Assembly: GCA_963697335.1 (NCBI GenBank)
Contig: CAVONQ010000007.1
Coordinates: 1-64,000, forward strand
Direction of reading: 5' to 3'
Source: an uncultured cyanobacterium
GTDB lineage: Bacteria; Cyanobacteriota; Cyanobacteriia; PCC-6307; Cyanobiaceae
DNA length: 64,000 nucleotides
The notes beneath the pieces are model-generated. The model was not told the DNA's origin, did no database searches, and was given only the letters and a program-made list of their open reading frames with translations. Position 1 is the first letter of the stretch. The number at the start of each line of letters is the position of its first letter. The position numbers and the translations under genes were made by a program. This document shows, in pieces, positions 9,939-19,654 of this stretch.

Positions 9939-10754
9939 GTGGCTGAGGAACGGCTGGACGGACTGGCCCTGAACAGCCGGCCCCTGGGGGAGAGCGACCG
10001 CCTGCTCACCGTGCTCAGTGAGACCCACGGGCTCAGCCGCCTGGCCGTGCCCGGGGCCCGCAAACCCCGCAGCAGCCTGGCGGCGGCCGTGCCCCTGGCC
10101 CATCTGCAGCTGCAGGTGGGCGGGCGCAGCGGCCTGCGGCGGGTGCGGCAGCTACGGGTGCTGCACAACTACAGCGAACTGGCCCAGCGGCTGGAAACCC
10201 TCGCAGCCGCCCAGGCCCTGGCTGAACTCTGCCTCGCCCTGGTGCCCACGGACGAGCCGGTGCCTGGGATGCTCACCACCGTGCTGATGCATCTGGGTCG
10301 GCTGGAGCTGCTGGTGCGCGACCGCAGTGACAACCTGGAGGCCCTGGCCGTGGCGGTGCAGGCCACGGTGCACCTGCTGGCCCTCGGCGGCTATGCCCTG
10401 CCCCTGAGCAGCTGCTGCCGCAGTGGGGCGGCCCTGGAGCCACCCGTGGGCACCTGGGAGTGGCGCTGCAGCCTGCTGCCCGGCGAGGGCTTCGCGGTCG
10501 GCGCCATCGCCGGAGCCCGGGTGGTGCTGAATGCCTCCGAACTGGCCCTGCTGCAACGGCTGCCGCGGGCCGCCCTGCCCCGCCGCCGCGACGGGGCCCT
10601 GATGGGCCCCCAACCCGTGTGGCTGCACCTGCTGGAGCTGCTGGAGTGCTGGTGCGGCGAGCATCTGAGCCGGCGTCCCCGGTCCTTCCGGCTGCTGCGG
10701 CAGGGGATCGAAACCGCCTCAGGGCCGCCATCACTCGGCCCTGAGCCATCATGA
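9939..10754 (+). CDS. recO: DNA repair protein RecO
   Basis: PLGESDRLLTVLS...VPGARKPRSSL OB-fold N-terminus; position after deoC. Confidence 0.9.
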   Translation: MAEERLDGLALNSRPLGESDRLLTVLSETHGLSRLAVPGARKPRSSLAAAVPLAHLQLQVGGRSGLRRVRQLRVLHNYSELAQRLETLAAAQALAELCLALVPTDEPVPGMLTTVLMHLGRLELLVRDRSDNLEALAVAVQATVHLLALGGYALPLSSCCRSGAALEPPVGTWEWRCSLLPGEGFAVGAIAGARVVLNASELALLQRLPRAALPRRRDGALMGPQPVWLHLLELLECWCGEHLSRRPRSFRLLRQGIETASGPPSLGPEPS

Positions 10755-12160
10755 GCGGCCGTGATCGGGGCCACTCCAGCTTGACCGGCAGTCCACAGGG
10801 CTCCCCAGCGACCAGCGAGCCGGGCCCAGGCAGGACGACCTCAGGGGTCCAGGCCGTGCTGGCCTTGTCCGACTTCCGCCTGCTCTGGCTGGGTCAGATC
10901 TTCTCCCAGCTGGCGGACAAGTTCTACATCGTGCTGATGGTGTTCCTGATCGCCCAGACCTGGGTGCGGGGCACCCCCGAGGCCAACCCCGCCCTGGCGG
11001 AGGCCGCCACGGCGATGCGGATGGACCTCCCGGAGACCAGGGCCCAGATGATCACGCTGCTGGCCACGGGGATCTACGTGGCCAACACGCTGCCGGCCAT
11101 GCTGCTGGGCACCGTGGCGGGCGTGTGGGCCGACCGCTGGCCCAAGCGCATCGTGATGGTGGCCTCCAACGGCCTGCGGGCGGCGCTGGTGCTGTTCGTG
11201 CCCTTCTGCCTGGTGGACACGCCGCTGTGGATGGGGCTGAGCCTGGGCTACTGGGGCCTGGTGCTGATGACCTTCCTGGAATCGGTGCTCACCCAGTTCT
11301 TTGCGCCGGCCGAGCAGGCCGCCATCCCCCAGCTGGTGCCGACCCAGCACCTGCTGGCGGCCAATTCCCTCTACCAGGCCACCAGCATGGCGGCCACCAT
11401 CGTGGGCTTCGCCCTCGGCGATCCGATCCTGCGGCTGCTGCAGCGGGCCCTGGCGGGGATCGGCATCGAGGGGGGCGAATTCCTGTTGCTGCCCGCCTGC
11501 TACGGCATGGCAGCCCTCACCATCTCCCGCATCCGCTGGCGGGAATCTCCCCGGCCGGTGGCCCACACGTCGGTGCTGTCGGAGATTCGCCAGGGCCTGG
11601 CCGTGCTGCGGCAGCGGCCGCCGGTGGCCCGGGCCATGGGGCAGCTGGTGCTGCTCTACAGCCTGCTGGCCGCCCTCTACGTGCTGGCCATCAGCCTGGC
11701 CTCGGCAGTACCGGGGCTCGGCCCCACCCGTTTCGGCACGCTCCTGGCCATGAGTGGCCTGGGGCTGGGGATCGGTGCCCTGGCCGTGGCCCAGCTGGGT
11801 CAGCGGCTGCCCCGCCGGAACCTGGCCGCCGCCGGCCTGGGCACGATCGGCTGGAGCCTGCTGCTGCTGGGCCAGCTGCGCGGCAGTCTCGTGTTCACCC
11901 TGCTGCTCTGCGGCGTGCTGGGGGTCGGCGCCGCGATGCTGGCGATCCCGGCCCAGACCACGATCCAGGAAGAGACCCCCGAAGCGATGCGGGGCAAGGT
12001 GTTCGGCCTGCAGAACAACCTGATCAACATCGCCCTCAGCCTGCCCCTGGTGCTCGCCGGTGCGGTGGTGAGCCGCTGGGGACTGCTGCCGGTGCTCTGG
12101 GCGCTCGCCTCGATCGCCCTGGTGGCGGCCCTGGCGGAGCAACCCTGGCGCCGCTGGTAG
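10751..12160 (+). CDS. MFS transporter (about 12 TM)
   Basis: FRLLWLGQIFSQLAD, motif A GVWADRWPKR, FFAPAEQAAIP, QEETPEAMRGKVFG. Confidence 0.9.
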   Translation: MSGRDRGHSSLTGSPQGSPATSEPGPGRTTSGVQAVLALSDFRLLWLGQIFSQLADKFYIVLMVFLIAQTWVRGTPEANPALAEAATAMRMDLPETRAQMITLLATGIYVANTLPAMLLGTVAGVWADRWPKRIVMVASNGLRAALVLFVPFCLVDTPLWMGLSLGYWGLVLMTFLESVLTQFFAPAEQAAIPQLVPTQHLLAANSLYQATSMAATIVGFALGDPILRLLQRALAGIGIEGGEFLLLPACYGMAALTISRIRWRESPRPVAHTSVLSEIRQGLAVLRQRPPVARAMGQLVLLYSLLAALYVLAISLASAVPGLGPTRFGTLLAMSGLGLGIGALAVAQLGQRLPRRNLAAAGLGTIGWSLLLLGQLRGSLVFTLLLCGVLGVGAAMLAIPAQTTIQEETPEAMRGKVFGLQNNLINIALSLPLVLAGAVVSRWGLLPVLWALASIALVAALAEQPWRRW

Positions 12161-12186
12161 CGTCAGGGAACGACGCGCGAGGCTGG

Positions 12187-13530
12187 GTGGCTCAGATTGC
12201 CTGGCTAGGCAAGAAATCTCCCTTCTGCGGCAACGTCACCTACGGCCTCACCACGACGCATGCCCTGCGGCAGCGCGGCCACGGCGTGAGCTTCATCCAC
12301 TTCGACACCCCCGCCGCCCAGCTCGGGCGTCCTGGGGTCGAGCCGGGCGGCCTGGCGCCTGAGGCAGTCGGTCGCTGGCCTGGCTCGAACCTGGGGCGCC
12401 GCGGGCGGCGCAGCGGCGCTGATGGCGGCGGCAGGCGGGGGGACGGGGCGGTGCTGGACCTGCCGGAGGCGGGGCATGACCTGGGTTCGGAAGGAGCAGG
12501 TTCCCCAGGGGGCACGAACCCTGAGGTGACCCTCTCCTACCTGGTGAAGTCCCAGATGTACACGATTCCCTCGCCGGGAGCCCAGCGGGAATTGCGGGAG
12601 TCGCTGGAGCGCCTGCGCCCCGATCTGGTGCACGCCAGCCTCACCCTCTCCCCCCTCGACTTCCGACTGCCGGACCTCTGCCAGCAGCTGGGTTTGCCCC
12701 TGGTCGCCACCTTCCATCCGGCCTTTGACGCCAGCCTGCGCAACCTGACGGCCGGCACCCAGCAGTTCATGTACCAGCTCTATGCCCCCTCCCTGGCCCG
12801 CTTCGACCGAGTGATCGTGTTCTCCGATCGCCAGGCGGAGGTGCTGATCCGGCTGGGGGTCGGGCCCGAACGCCTCGCCGTGATCCCCAACGGCGTGGAC
12901 AGCGACACCTGGGCTCCTGCCCCAGCCGTTCCCTCCAAAGAACTGCAGGCCCTGCGCCACCAGTTCGGCGGCACCCGCGTGTTCCTGTACATGGGCCGGA
13001 TGGCCACTGAGAAGAACGTGGAGGCCCTGCTCAGGGCCTGGCGGCTGGTGCGCCCCGCTGGCTGCAGGCTCGTGATCGTCGGCGATGGTCCCCTGCGGAC
13101 CGCCCTCCAGGGCGCCTCCCAGGACGAGGACGTGGTGTGGTGGGGCTACGAGCCCAACCTGGCCACGCGGGTGGCCCTGCTGCAGCTGGCCGAAGTGTTC
13201 CTGCTGCCCTCGCTGGTGGAGGGCCTCTCCCTGGCCCTGCTGGAGGCCATGGCCTGTGGCACGGCCTGCGTGGCCACCGATGCCGGCGCCGATGGCGAGG
13301 TGCTGGACGGCGGGGCCGGCATTGTGATCAGCACCCAGGGGGTGACCACCCAGCTGCGCACCCTGCTGCCGGTGCTGCGGGACCAGCCCGTACTCACGGC
13401 CGAACTGGGGCGGCGGGCCCGGGCCCGGGTGCTGGAGCGCTACACCCTCAGCCGCAATCTCGATGCCCTCGAGCGGCTCTACGGGGAGCTGGTGGGCAAG
13501 CGCACGCTGGCCCCATCCACGCCGGATTGA
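12187..13530 (+). CDS. dgdA: GT4 glycosyltransferase, probably digalactosyldiacylglycerol synthase
   Basis: GTG at 12187 inside the 801-aa ORF gives IAWLGKKSPFCGNVTY; also VIPNGVD, GRMATEKN and EGLSLALLEAMACG (GT-B E-x7-E). The GT4 call is firm; the DgdA identity rests on recollection of the N-terminus and deoC-recO-MFS synteny. Confidence 0.7.
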   Translation: MAQIAWLGKKSPFCGNVTYGLTTTHALRQRGHGVSFIHFDTPAAQLGRPGVEPGGLAPEAVGRWPGSNLGRRGRRSGADGGGRRGDGAVLDLPEAGHDLGSEGAGSPGGTNPEVTLSYLVKSQMYTIPSPGAQRELRESLERLRPDLVHASLTLSPLDFRLPDLCQQLGLPLVATFHPAFDASLRNLTAGTQQFMYQLYAPSLARFDRVIVFSDRQAEVLIRLGVGPERLAVIPNGVDSDTWAPAPAVPSKELQALRHQFGGTRVFLYMGRMATEKNVEALLRAWRLVRPAGCRLVIVGDGPLRTALQGASQDEDVVWWGYEPNLATRVALLQLAEVFLLPSLVEGLSLALLEAMACGTACVATDAGADGEVLDGGAGIVISTQGVTTQLRTLLPVLRDQPVLTAELGRRARARVLERYTLSRNLDALERLYGELVGKRTLAPSTPD

Positions 13531-14873
13531 ACCAGCGTGGCTTCGAGGCCCTGCCGCACCTGGGCGGTGAGGGCCTCAACGGCCTGGCGGCGATCGCGGC
13601 GGTAGGCCGAGTGGCGCTCCGTGACCTCGATCGGGGCCTGCACCTGCAGCCGTGCCCGGCTGCGACCCAGCGAGGGCGGCGAGGCCCCGGGCCGGCCTTC
13701 GATCCAGGCCACGGCCCGCCAGAGAATCTGCAGCACCTCCGCGTAGCGGTCCACCGTGGGGGCCTCGGCCACGTAGTGGCCGCTGATGGCCGCAAAGGGC
13801 TCCACCAGATGCATGTGCTCCAGGCAGAGGCTGGCCTCGGCGGCGGTCCAGTCGGCCAGGCCCAGGGCCACCGGTGAGAGTTCCTGGCGATCGCTGCGGT
13901 AGATCCGCTCCCAGCCGGCCTGCTCGATGCGGCGGCAGCGCTCCTGCAGCGTGCCCTGGGGCCTGAGTCCGAAGCGGGCTTCGGCCAACCCGAGCATGGC
14001 CTCCCGCAGCCGCGCCAGGCGCTCGATGAACGGGGCCGTGGGATCGAAGACCAGCCCATGGGCCTGGCGGTAGAACACCTCCATCGCCCCCAGCAGGGCC
14101 ATGGACACTGCCTGCAGGCGGCTGTAGCGCCGGGCCTGGGGCGACAGGCAGGCGGGATCGCCCGCAGCGGCGGCACCCACCCCCAACTGCCGCTCCAGCA
14201 GCAGCAGCAGCTGGTCGATGCGCTGCCAGCTGGGCCGCAACAGCTCGTAGCGCACGCCGATGGGCACGATCAGCACCGGCTCGTCACGCCCCGCCGCCGC
14301 CAGGTCATCGCAGGTCCAGAAGGCGATCTGGGCCAGCCCCGGCTCCAGGGGAGCGATCAGATCCCCGTGCTCATTGGTGGCCCCCTCCGGGGCGATGGCC
14401 AGCGGGAAGGGGCCCCTGGCCGCCACGTCCCGGGCGAGGCGCAGGGCCTGGCGATCGAGCTTGCCGCGCTGAATCGGGATGCCCCCCAGCCGGCTCAGCA
14501 GCCAGCCCACCGCGGCACCGGCCCAGAGCGGAACCCCCCGGTCGTAGAGGAACAGAGCATGGCTGGGGCGAGACAGGCGCAGGCCCTGGCGGCGAGCCAG
14601 GCGCGGCAGGGCACTCCAGAACAGCCAGGCCAGCACCAGGGGATCACGGGTGCTCGGGTGGCGGAAGGCCAGCAGCAGCCGCAGCTCACCACGCTGGTGG
14701 GCCCAGAACAGCCTGGCGAGTTCGATACCCCCAGCCACCTCGATCCGCCAGACCCCCTGGCAGCGGTGCAGCAGGGGCAACAAGCTCCGCAGCAGCAGCC
14801 TCACCCAGGGCCGTCGCAGCGGCGGGATGAAGCGGAGCGGGGGCTGAACCCCCACGACAGGCAGACGCGGCAT
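13479..14873 (-). CDS. PlsC-superfamily (lyso)phospholipid acyltransferase
   Basis: HxxxxD motif (RHPSTRDP), GGIPIQRG and APEGATN blocks, IVPIG. Confidence 0.85.
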   Translation of the reverse strand: MPRLPVVGVQPPLRFIPPLRRPWVRLLLRSLLPLLHRCQGVWRIEVAGGIELARLFWAHQRGELRLLLAFRHPSTRDPLVLAWLFWSALPRLARRQGLRLSRPSHALFLYDRGVPLWAGAAVGWLLSRLGGIPIQRGKLDRQALRLARDVAARGPFPLAIAPEGATNEHGDLIAPLEPGLAQIAFWTCDDLAAAGRDEPVLIVPIGVRYELLRPSWQRIDQLLLLLERQLGVGAAAAGDPACLSPQARRYSRLQAVSMALLGAMEVFYRQAHGLVFDPTAPFIERLARLREAMLGLAEARFGLRPQGTLQERCRRIEQAGWERIYRSDRQELSPVALGLADWTAAEASLCLEHMHLVEPFAAISGHYVAEAPTVDRYAEVLQILWRAVAWIEGRPGASPPSLGRSRARLQVQAPIEVTERHSAYRRDRRQAVEALTAQVRQGLEATLVQSGVDGASVRLPTSSP

Positions 14874-14888
14874 GGCCCAGGCCTCGAC

Positions 14889-15668
14889 TCAGGACAGCTC
14901 AGCGCAACAGGCGGCGAAGGCCGCCGCCGGATCAGGCGCCGCGGCGATGGGACGGCCGATCACCAGCTGGCTGGCCCCGGCGGCCAGGGCCTCGGCCGGC
15001 GCCAGCACTCGCCGCTGATCGCCGGCGGGAGAGCCGGCCGGCCGGATGCCCGGGGTCACCAGCTGGAAGGGCCAGGGATGGGCCTGCCGCAGGGCCGCCA
15101 CCTCCAGGGGGGAGCACACGGCACCGGCGATGCCGGCAGCGGCGGCCAGCCGGGCCAACTGCAAGGCGTAGGGCTCCAGCGGGGTATCGATGGCCAGCTC
15201 GGTGCGAAAACGCTGCGCATCCCAGCTGGTGAGCACGGTGACGGCCAGCAGGGAAGGGGCGCCCAGGCCGGCCCGCTGCGCCCCGTCGGCGGCGCCGGCC
15301 TGGGCGGCGGCGAGGGCCTCGGCCCCGGCGCAGGCATGAACGGTGATCAGCTGCGCCCCCAGGGACGCCGCGCTGCGACAGGCGCCGGCCATGGTGGCCG
15401 GGATGTCGTGGAGTTTCAGATCGAGAAACACCGACAGGCCCTCTTCCCGCAGACGACGGACCACGTCGGGGCCAGCCGACACAAACAGCTCCAGGCCAAC
15501 CTTCACCCAGCGCAGGCCGGGGATGGCGTGGGCCAGGGCCAGGGCCTCCCCGGCCTGGAGGCCATCGAGGGCCACGATGATGCGATCGGCCGGCCCTTCT
15601 GGACCAGTGGCCGGGCTCGGCGGGGCCGCGCCCCGGGGAGCAACGGCCAGGGCGGGATCGAGACTCAC
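14889..15668 (-). CDS. pyrF: Orotidine-5'-phosphate decarboxylase
   Basis: [44 protein letters not shown]. Confidence 0.97.
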   Translation of the reverse strand: MSLDPALAVAPRGAAPPSPATGPEGPADRIIVALDGLQAGEALALAHAIPGLRWVKVGLELFVSAGPDVVRRLREEGLSVFLDLKLHDIPATMAGACRSAASLGAQLITVHACAGAEALAAAQAGAADGAQRAGLGAPSLLAVTVLTSWDAQRFRTELAIDTPLEPYALQLARLAAAAGIAGAVCSPLEVAALRQAHPWPFQLVTPGIRPAGSPAGDQRRVLAPAEALAAGASQLVIGRPIAAAPDPAAAFAACCAELS

Positions 15669-15739
15669 CGGCGGTGGCTGAACAGGGGTGGACCCGCACC
15701 CTAGGGGGGTCGGCGTGGCCCCACTCGGTCCAGCCCGGC

Positions 15740-17005
15740 TCAGCCCAGCACCAGGCGCCGGAAGGTCTTCCTGCCCAGCTGCACCACCTTGCCGGCCAGG
15801 TCAGCGGCCGCGGCGAAGGTCTGGTTGGGATCGGTGAGCTTCTCGCCATCGAGCCGCACGCCGCCGCCCTGGATCTGGCGACGGGCCTCACTGCTGCTGG
15901 CACAGAGCCCAAGGGCCCGCAGCAGGTAGAAGGCCGTCGCCGGGAAGCTCACCGCCGCCAGGGAGGCCTCCGGCACCTGGGCTGCCTCGGCCCCAGCCAC
16001 CAGCGAAGCGGCATCCCGCTGGGCCTGCTCGGCGGCCGCCAGGCCATGGCGCTGGGCGGTGATCGCCAGCGCCATGGCCTGCTGGCGCTCGCGGCAGCCG
16101 GCCCCCAGGGCAGCGGGATCGAGATCGGTGAGCAGCGTGAGGTAATCCCCCACGAGGGCATCGGGAAGCTTTTCCAGCTTCGAGTACATCGACAGCGGGT
16201 CGTCGTTGAGGCCCACCGTGTTTCCCAGGCTCTTGCTCATCTTCTGCACCCCGTCGAGGCCGGGCAGGATCGGCAGCAGCAGGCCGAACTGGGGGCGCTG
16301 GCCGAAGTGGCGCTGCAGGTCGCGCCCCATGGCCACGTTGAACTTCTGGTCGGTGCCCCCCAGCTCCACATCGGCCTGGATCGCCACGGAGTCGTAGCCC
16401 TGCAGCAGCGGGTAGAGGAATTCGTGCAGCGAAATGGGTGTGCCGGAGCCGTAGCGCCTGGAGAAGTCGTCCTTGGCCAGCATCTGGCCCACGGTGGAGG
16501 TGGCCAGCAGGTCGATCACGGCGGGGAGATCGAGATCGGCCAGCCACTCAGCGTTGCGGCGCACTTCCAGCCGCCCTGGGGTGTCGAAGTCGAGCAGGGA
16601 GCGCTCCGGAGGCTGGCCCTGGCCCAGCTGGCTGAGGTATGTGGCGGCATTGGCCTCCACGGCGGCAGCGCTGAGCTGCACCCGGGTGGCGCTCTTGCCC
16701 GTGGGATCGCCGATCCGGGCGGTGAAATCCCCCAGGATCAGCACCGCCGTATGGCCGGCGTCCTGGAAGGCCCTCAGCTTGCGGAACAGGATCGCGTGGC
16801 CCAGGTGGATGTCGCTGCCCGTGGGGTCGATGCCCAGCTTGATCCTGAGCGGGCGGCCCGCCTGCTCGGCCTGCCGCAGGCGGACGGCCAGGGAGCTGTC
16901 GCCATCAAGGTCAGCCCCCTCAGCCGGCGTGGCCCCACCGGCGGGGAACAGATCGGCGAGGCCCCGTTGCAGCCAGGCCGGAAGCTCCACTCTGTCCTCA
17001 GCCAT
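15740..17005 (-). CDS. tyrS: Tyrosine--tRNA ligase
   Basis: [34 protein letters not shown] and C-terminal S4 domain; ATG at 17005 preferred. Confidence 0.97.
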   Translation of the reverse strand: MAEDRVELPAWLQRGLADLFPAGGATPAEGADLDGDSSLAVRLRQAEQAGRPLRIKLGIDPTGSDIHLGHAILFRKLRAFQDAGHTAVLILGDFTARIGDPTGKSATRVQLSAAAVEANAATYLSQLGQGQPPERSLLDFDTPGRLEVRRNAEWLADLDLPAVIDLLATSTVGQMLAKDDFSRRYGSGTPISLHEFLYPLLQGYDSVAIQADVELGGTDQKFNVAMGRDLQRHFGQRPQFGLLLPILPGLDGVQKMSKSLGNTVGLNDDPLSMYSKLEKLPDALVGDYLTLLTDLDPAALGAGCRERQQAMALAITAQRHGLAAAEQAQRDAASLVAGAEAAQVPEASLAAVSFPATAFYLLRALGLCASSSEARRQIQGGGVRLDGEKLTDPNQTFAAAADLAGKVVQLGRKTFRRLVLG

Positions 17006-17067
17006 CGGCCCGCACCGCTCAGCGGCGGATCGTAGGCAGGCCAGGGTCACCGCCCCCCTGCGGGTGG

Positions 17068-17391
17068 TCAGGTCTGGGCTTCCAGCTGGCCCTTCATCCG
17101 CTCCAGGGTGTGGTGCATCTGCTCGAACATCGCTTCCGGGGTGAGCCCGAACTGGCCCAGCTGGGTGCGCAGCTGCTCCACCGTCAGCTTGGCCTGGAAG
17201 TCCTCCGAGAGCTCGAAGCGCTTCATGAAGACCCGGTAGCGATCCATCATCGCCTCCATCTGCTCGATGTAGAGCTTCTTGCCCTCGCGATCGAACTTGC
17301 CGTAGTCGCCGCCGATCTGCATCAGCTGCTGGTAGTCGAGAAACAGCCGCTTGGCCTCGTCCTGGACGATCTCGGAATCGAAGAAGGCCAT
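17068..17391 (-). CDS. Conserved cyanobacterial protein (DUF1825-like)
   Basis: [17 protein letters not shown]...[10 protein letters not shown]...[11 protein letters not shown]. Confidence 0.8.
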   Translation of the reverse strand: MAFFDSEIVQDEAKRLFLDYQQLMQIGGDYGKFDREGKKLYIEQMEAMMDRYRVFMKRFELSEDFQAKLTVEQLRTQLGQFGLTPEAMFEQMHHTLERMKGQLEAQT

Positions 17392-17571
17392 TGGCTGCCC
17401 AGTGCCTCGGATCTGCGTGCCCTCAATTGTGAGCAGGCAGCCAGGGCCCTGGGGAGTGTGGATTGGCGTAATCGCCACATCCAGCCCCTCCAAGACCAGC
17501 CCGGGGCAGACAAGCCGGGTGGCCGCGGCCAGGATGGGGGCTCAGGCAGCCCTGACCTGAGTTCGCACCCC

Positions 17572-18273
17572 GTGGACTACACCCCCCAGCTTGAGGCCAT
17601 CCGCGAGCGGGGGCGGCAGGTGGCGGCCCTGCTCCAGGACAGCAGGGTGGTGCTCTGCCTCGGCGACCGGATGAGCCTGAGCATGGGGGTGGCTGGATCC
17701 ATGGCCTCCAGGGCGGTGGTGGGAGCGGCTACGACGGCGGCGGAGGGCCTCGCCCTGGTGGAGCGGCTCGCCCCGACCCTGCTGGTGGTGAGCGATCGGC
17801 TGGAGCAGGGCAGCGGCATCGATCTGCTGCTGGCCGTCAAGGCCCGCTGGCCGGACCTGGCCGTGCTCGTCGTGGTGGGCCGGCACCAGCGCAGGCGGCG
17901 GCTGCGGCAGGCCATGGCGGCCGGCTGCGAGGGGCTGGTGCCCGAGGCCCGCTTCGGGCAGGGAGCCGGGTTGGCGGCCCTGTCCACGATCGCCAGTGGC
18001 GGGATCTACCTCGATCGCACCCTGCGCTCGCTGATCGAGGGCTGGGCGTCCGGCGAGGGGCCGCTTGAGCTGCTCTCGCCGCGGGAACTGGAGGTGCTCT
18101 CCCTGGTGGCCCGCGGCAGCAGCAACCCCGAGATCGCCCGCAGCCTCTTCCTCAGCGTGGACACCGTGAAGACCCATCTGCACAACGTGCTGCGCAAGCT
18201 GCCGGCCCGGGACCGGACCCATGCCGCCGTGCTCGGCCTCTGCTGGGACCTGATCGACTGGCCTGACCCTTGA
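17572..18273 (+). CDS. NarL/LuxR-family response regulator with atypical receiver
   Basis: LSPRELEVLSLVARGSSNPEIARSLFLSVDTVKTHLHNVLRKL LuxR HTH after a receiver-like domain; start GTG 17572 estimated. Confidence 0.85.
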   Translation: MDYTPQLEAIRERGRQVAALLQDSRVVLCLGDRMSLSMGVAGSMASRAVVGAATTAAEGLALVERLAPTLLVVSDRLEQGSGIDLLLAVKARWPDLAVLVVVGRHQRRRRLRQAMAAGCEGLVPEARFGQGAGLAALSTIASGGIYLDRTLRSLIEGWASGEGPLELLSPRELEVLSLVARGSSNPEIARSLFLSVDTVKTHLHNVLRKLPARDRTHAAVLGLCWDLIDWPDP

Positions 18274-18318
18274 TCCAGCCGCTAGGTTCAGGCCCACGAC
18301 AGCAGACGGCATCCACCC

Positions 18319-18987
18319 ATGGCCCGCAGGCACTGGCTGGACCCCCTGGCGCGGCAGCTGCTGGTGGCCACGGGCCAGATCCCCGCCAGCCCCTCCAACC
18401 CACCAGCCGCCCGCCAGCAGACCTCCCGCCAGGACGAGATCGAGCGGGAGTTGCTGGCCCTCAAGCTGCGCCAGGACCCCTCCCAGCCCCTGCCCGATGC
18501 CGACGCTGTGCGCCATGCCGCGGCCCTCGGCTGGCGCCTCGACGTGAACCGGGCCACCGCCGCTGATTGGTGGCGGCTGCCTGGCATCGGTGCCGACCAG
18601 GTGGACCTGCTGCTGAGGCTCCAGGCCGGCGGCATCCAGCTCAGCGATGCAGAAGACCTGCACAGGGCCCTGGGCTGGTCGGCACAGCAGGTGGCGCCCT
18701 GGCTGCCGGTGCTCGCCTTCCGCTGGTACGGGGAGCCTCCCACCAGCCCTGAGCGCAGCCGCGTCGACATGAATCGGGCCAGCGTCCCAACCCTGCTGGC
18801 CCTGGGGCTGTCCAGCCAGCAGTGCCAGCGCCTGCAGCGGGAGCGGGCCCGCCGGCCCTTCCAGGACCTGGCTGAGCTGCAGGAGCGGCTGCAGCTGCCA
18901 CCGGCCCTGGTGGAGCGCTGGCTCGGACGGGTGCGCTTCGGGGCGGGGCCCGCCGGCCCCGTGCTGCCCCCGGGGCCCCGGCGTTAG
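18319..18987 (+). CDS. ComEA-like helix-hairpin-helix DNA-binding protein
   Basis: Two HhH modules: LDVNRATAADWWRLPGIG and VDMNRAS..LLALGLS...RPFQDLAELQERL. Confidence 0.8.
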   Translation: MARRHWLDPLARQLLVATGQIPASPSNPPAARQQTSRQDEIERELLALKLRQDPSQPLPDADAVRHAAALGWRLDVNRATAADWWRLPGIGADQVDLLLRLQAGGIQLSDAEDLHRALGWSAQQVAPWLPVLAFRWYGEPPTSPERSRVDMNRASVPTLLALGLSSQQCQRLQRERARRPFQDLAELQERLQLPPALVERWLGRVRFGAGPAGPVLPPGPRR

Positions 18988-18990
18988 GCG

Positions 18991-19620
18991 ATGGCTCGCC
19001 AGGGGGAATTGTTTGGGGCGGCCGGACACGGGGCCGCTGGTGTCCCCGGGGCCGAGCATCCGCTGGAGCGGCATCAGTTGCTGGACTGGCAGCAGCGGAT
19101 TGCCGCCTTTCAGGAGCCTCTGTTCGCCGCACAGCCCGCGCCAGCCAGCCAGCCCTCCCTGTTTGCGGCCCCAGCCTTCGCGCCGGCCCCTGCAGAATCC
19201 CCAACCAGCGACGTGGAGGCGAGCGCCGCCCGGTTTGATCCCCTGAGCCTCCAGCCCCAGTCGCTGCTGTTCTGGCGATGGCCCGAGCCCCCCCAGACCG
19301 GCGCGGCGCTCTATGTGGTGGTCGACCAGGAACCCTGCCCGTCCGGCCCACTGCTGCTCTATGTGGGCGAAACCGGCGAGGCCGGCCGGCGCTGGAAAGG
19401 CACCCACGACTGCAAGAGCTATCTGGAGGCCTACGGCGAAGCCCTCAGCCACACAGGCCTGGCCAGCCGCCTCAGCATCCGCTTCTGGCTGGATGTGCCC
19501 CAGGCCATTCGGCCCCGGCGGGCCCTGGAGCAGGCCCTGATCCGCCGCTGGCAGCCCCCCTTCAACAAAGAGACCCGCGGCCGCTGGGCCACGCCGTTCA
19601 CGGCCGAGGCAGGCACCTGA
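18991..19620 (+). CDS. GIY-YIG nuclease-family protein
   Basis: ALYVV...LLYVGET, conserved Arg (RRWKG), Glu (ALEQALI) and Asn (PPFNK). Confidence 0.8.
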   Translation: MARQGELFGAAGHGAAGVPGAEHPLERHQLLDWQQRIAAFQEPLFAAQPAPASQPSLFAAPAFAPAPAESPTSDVEASAARFDPLSLQPQSLLFWRWPEPPQTGAALYVVVDQEPCPSGPLLLYVGETGEAGRRWKGTHDCKSYLEAYGEALSHTGLASRLSIRFWLDVPQAIRPRRALEQALIRRWQPPFNKETRGRWATPFTAEAGT

Positions 19621-19654
19621 CGCTGGCTACGATCACGGCCCCTAACGGCAGTCC

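Noticed and set aside
11125..12186. 801-aa ORF suggesting a large N-terminal fusion on the glycosyltransferase
   Set aside because: The extension is an off-frame read through the MFS gene; family-like sequence begins at GTG 12187.
17110..17571. Long N-terminal extension of the LuxR regulator
   Set aside because: It overlaps the DUF1825 gene on the opposite strand and has shadow-ORF composition.
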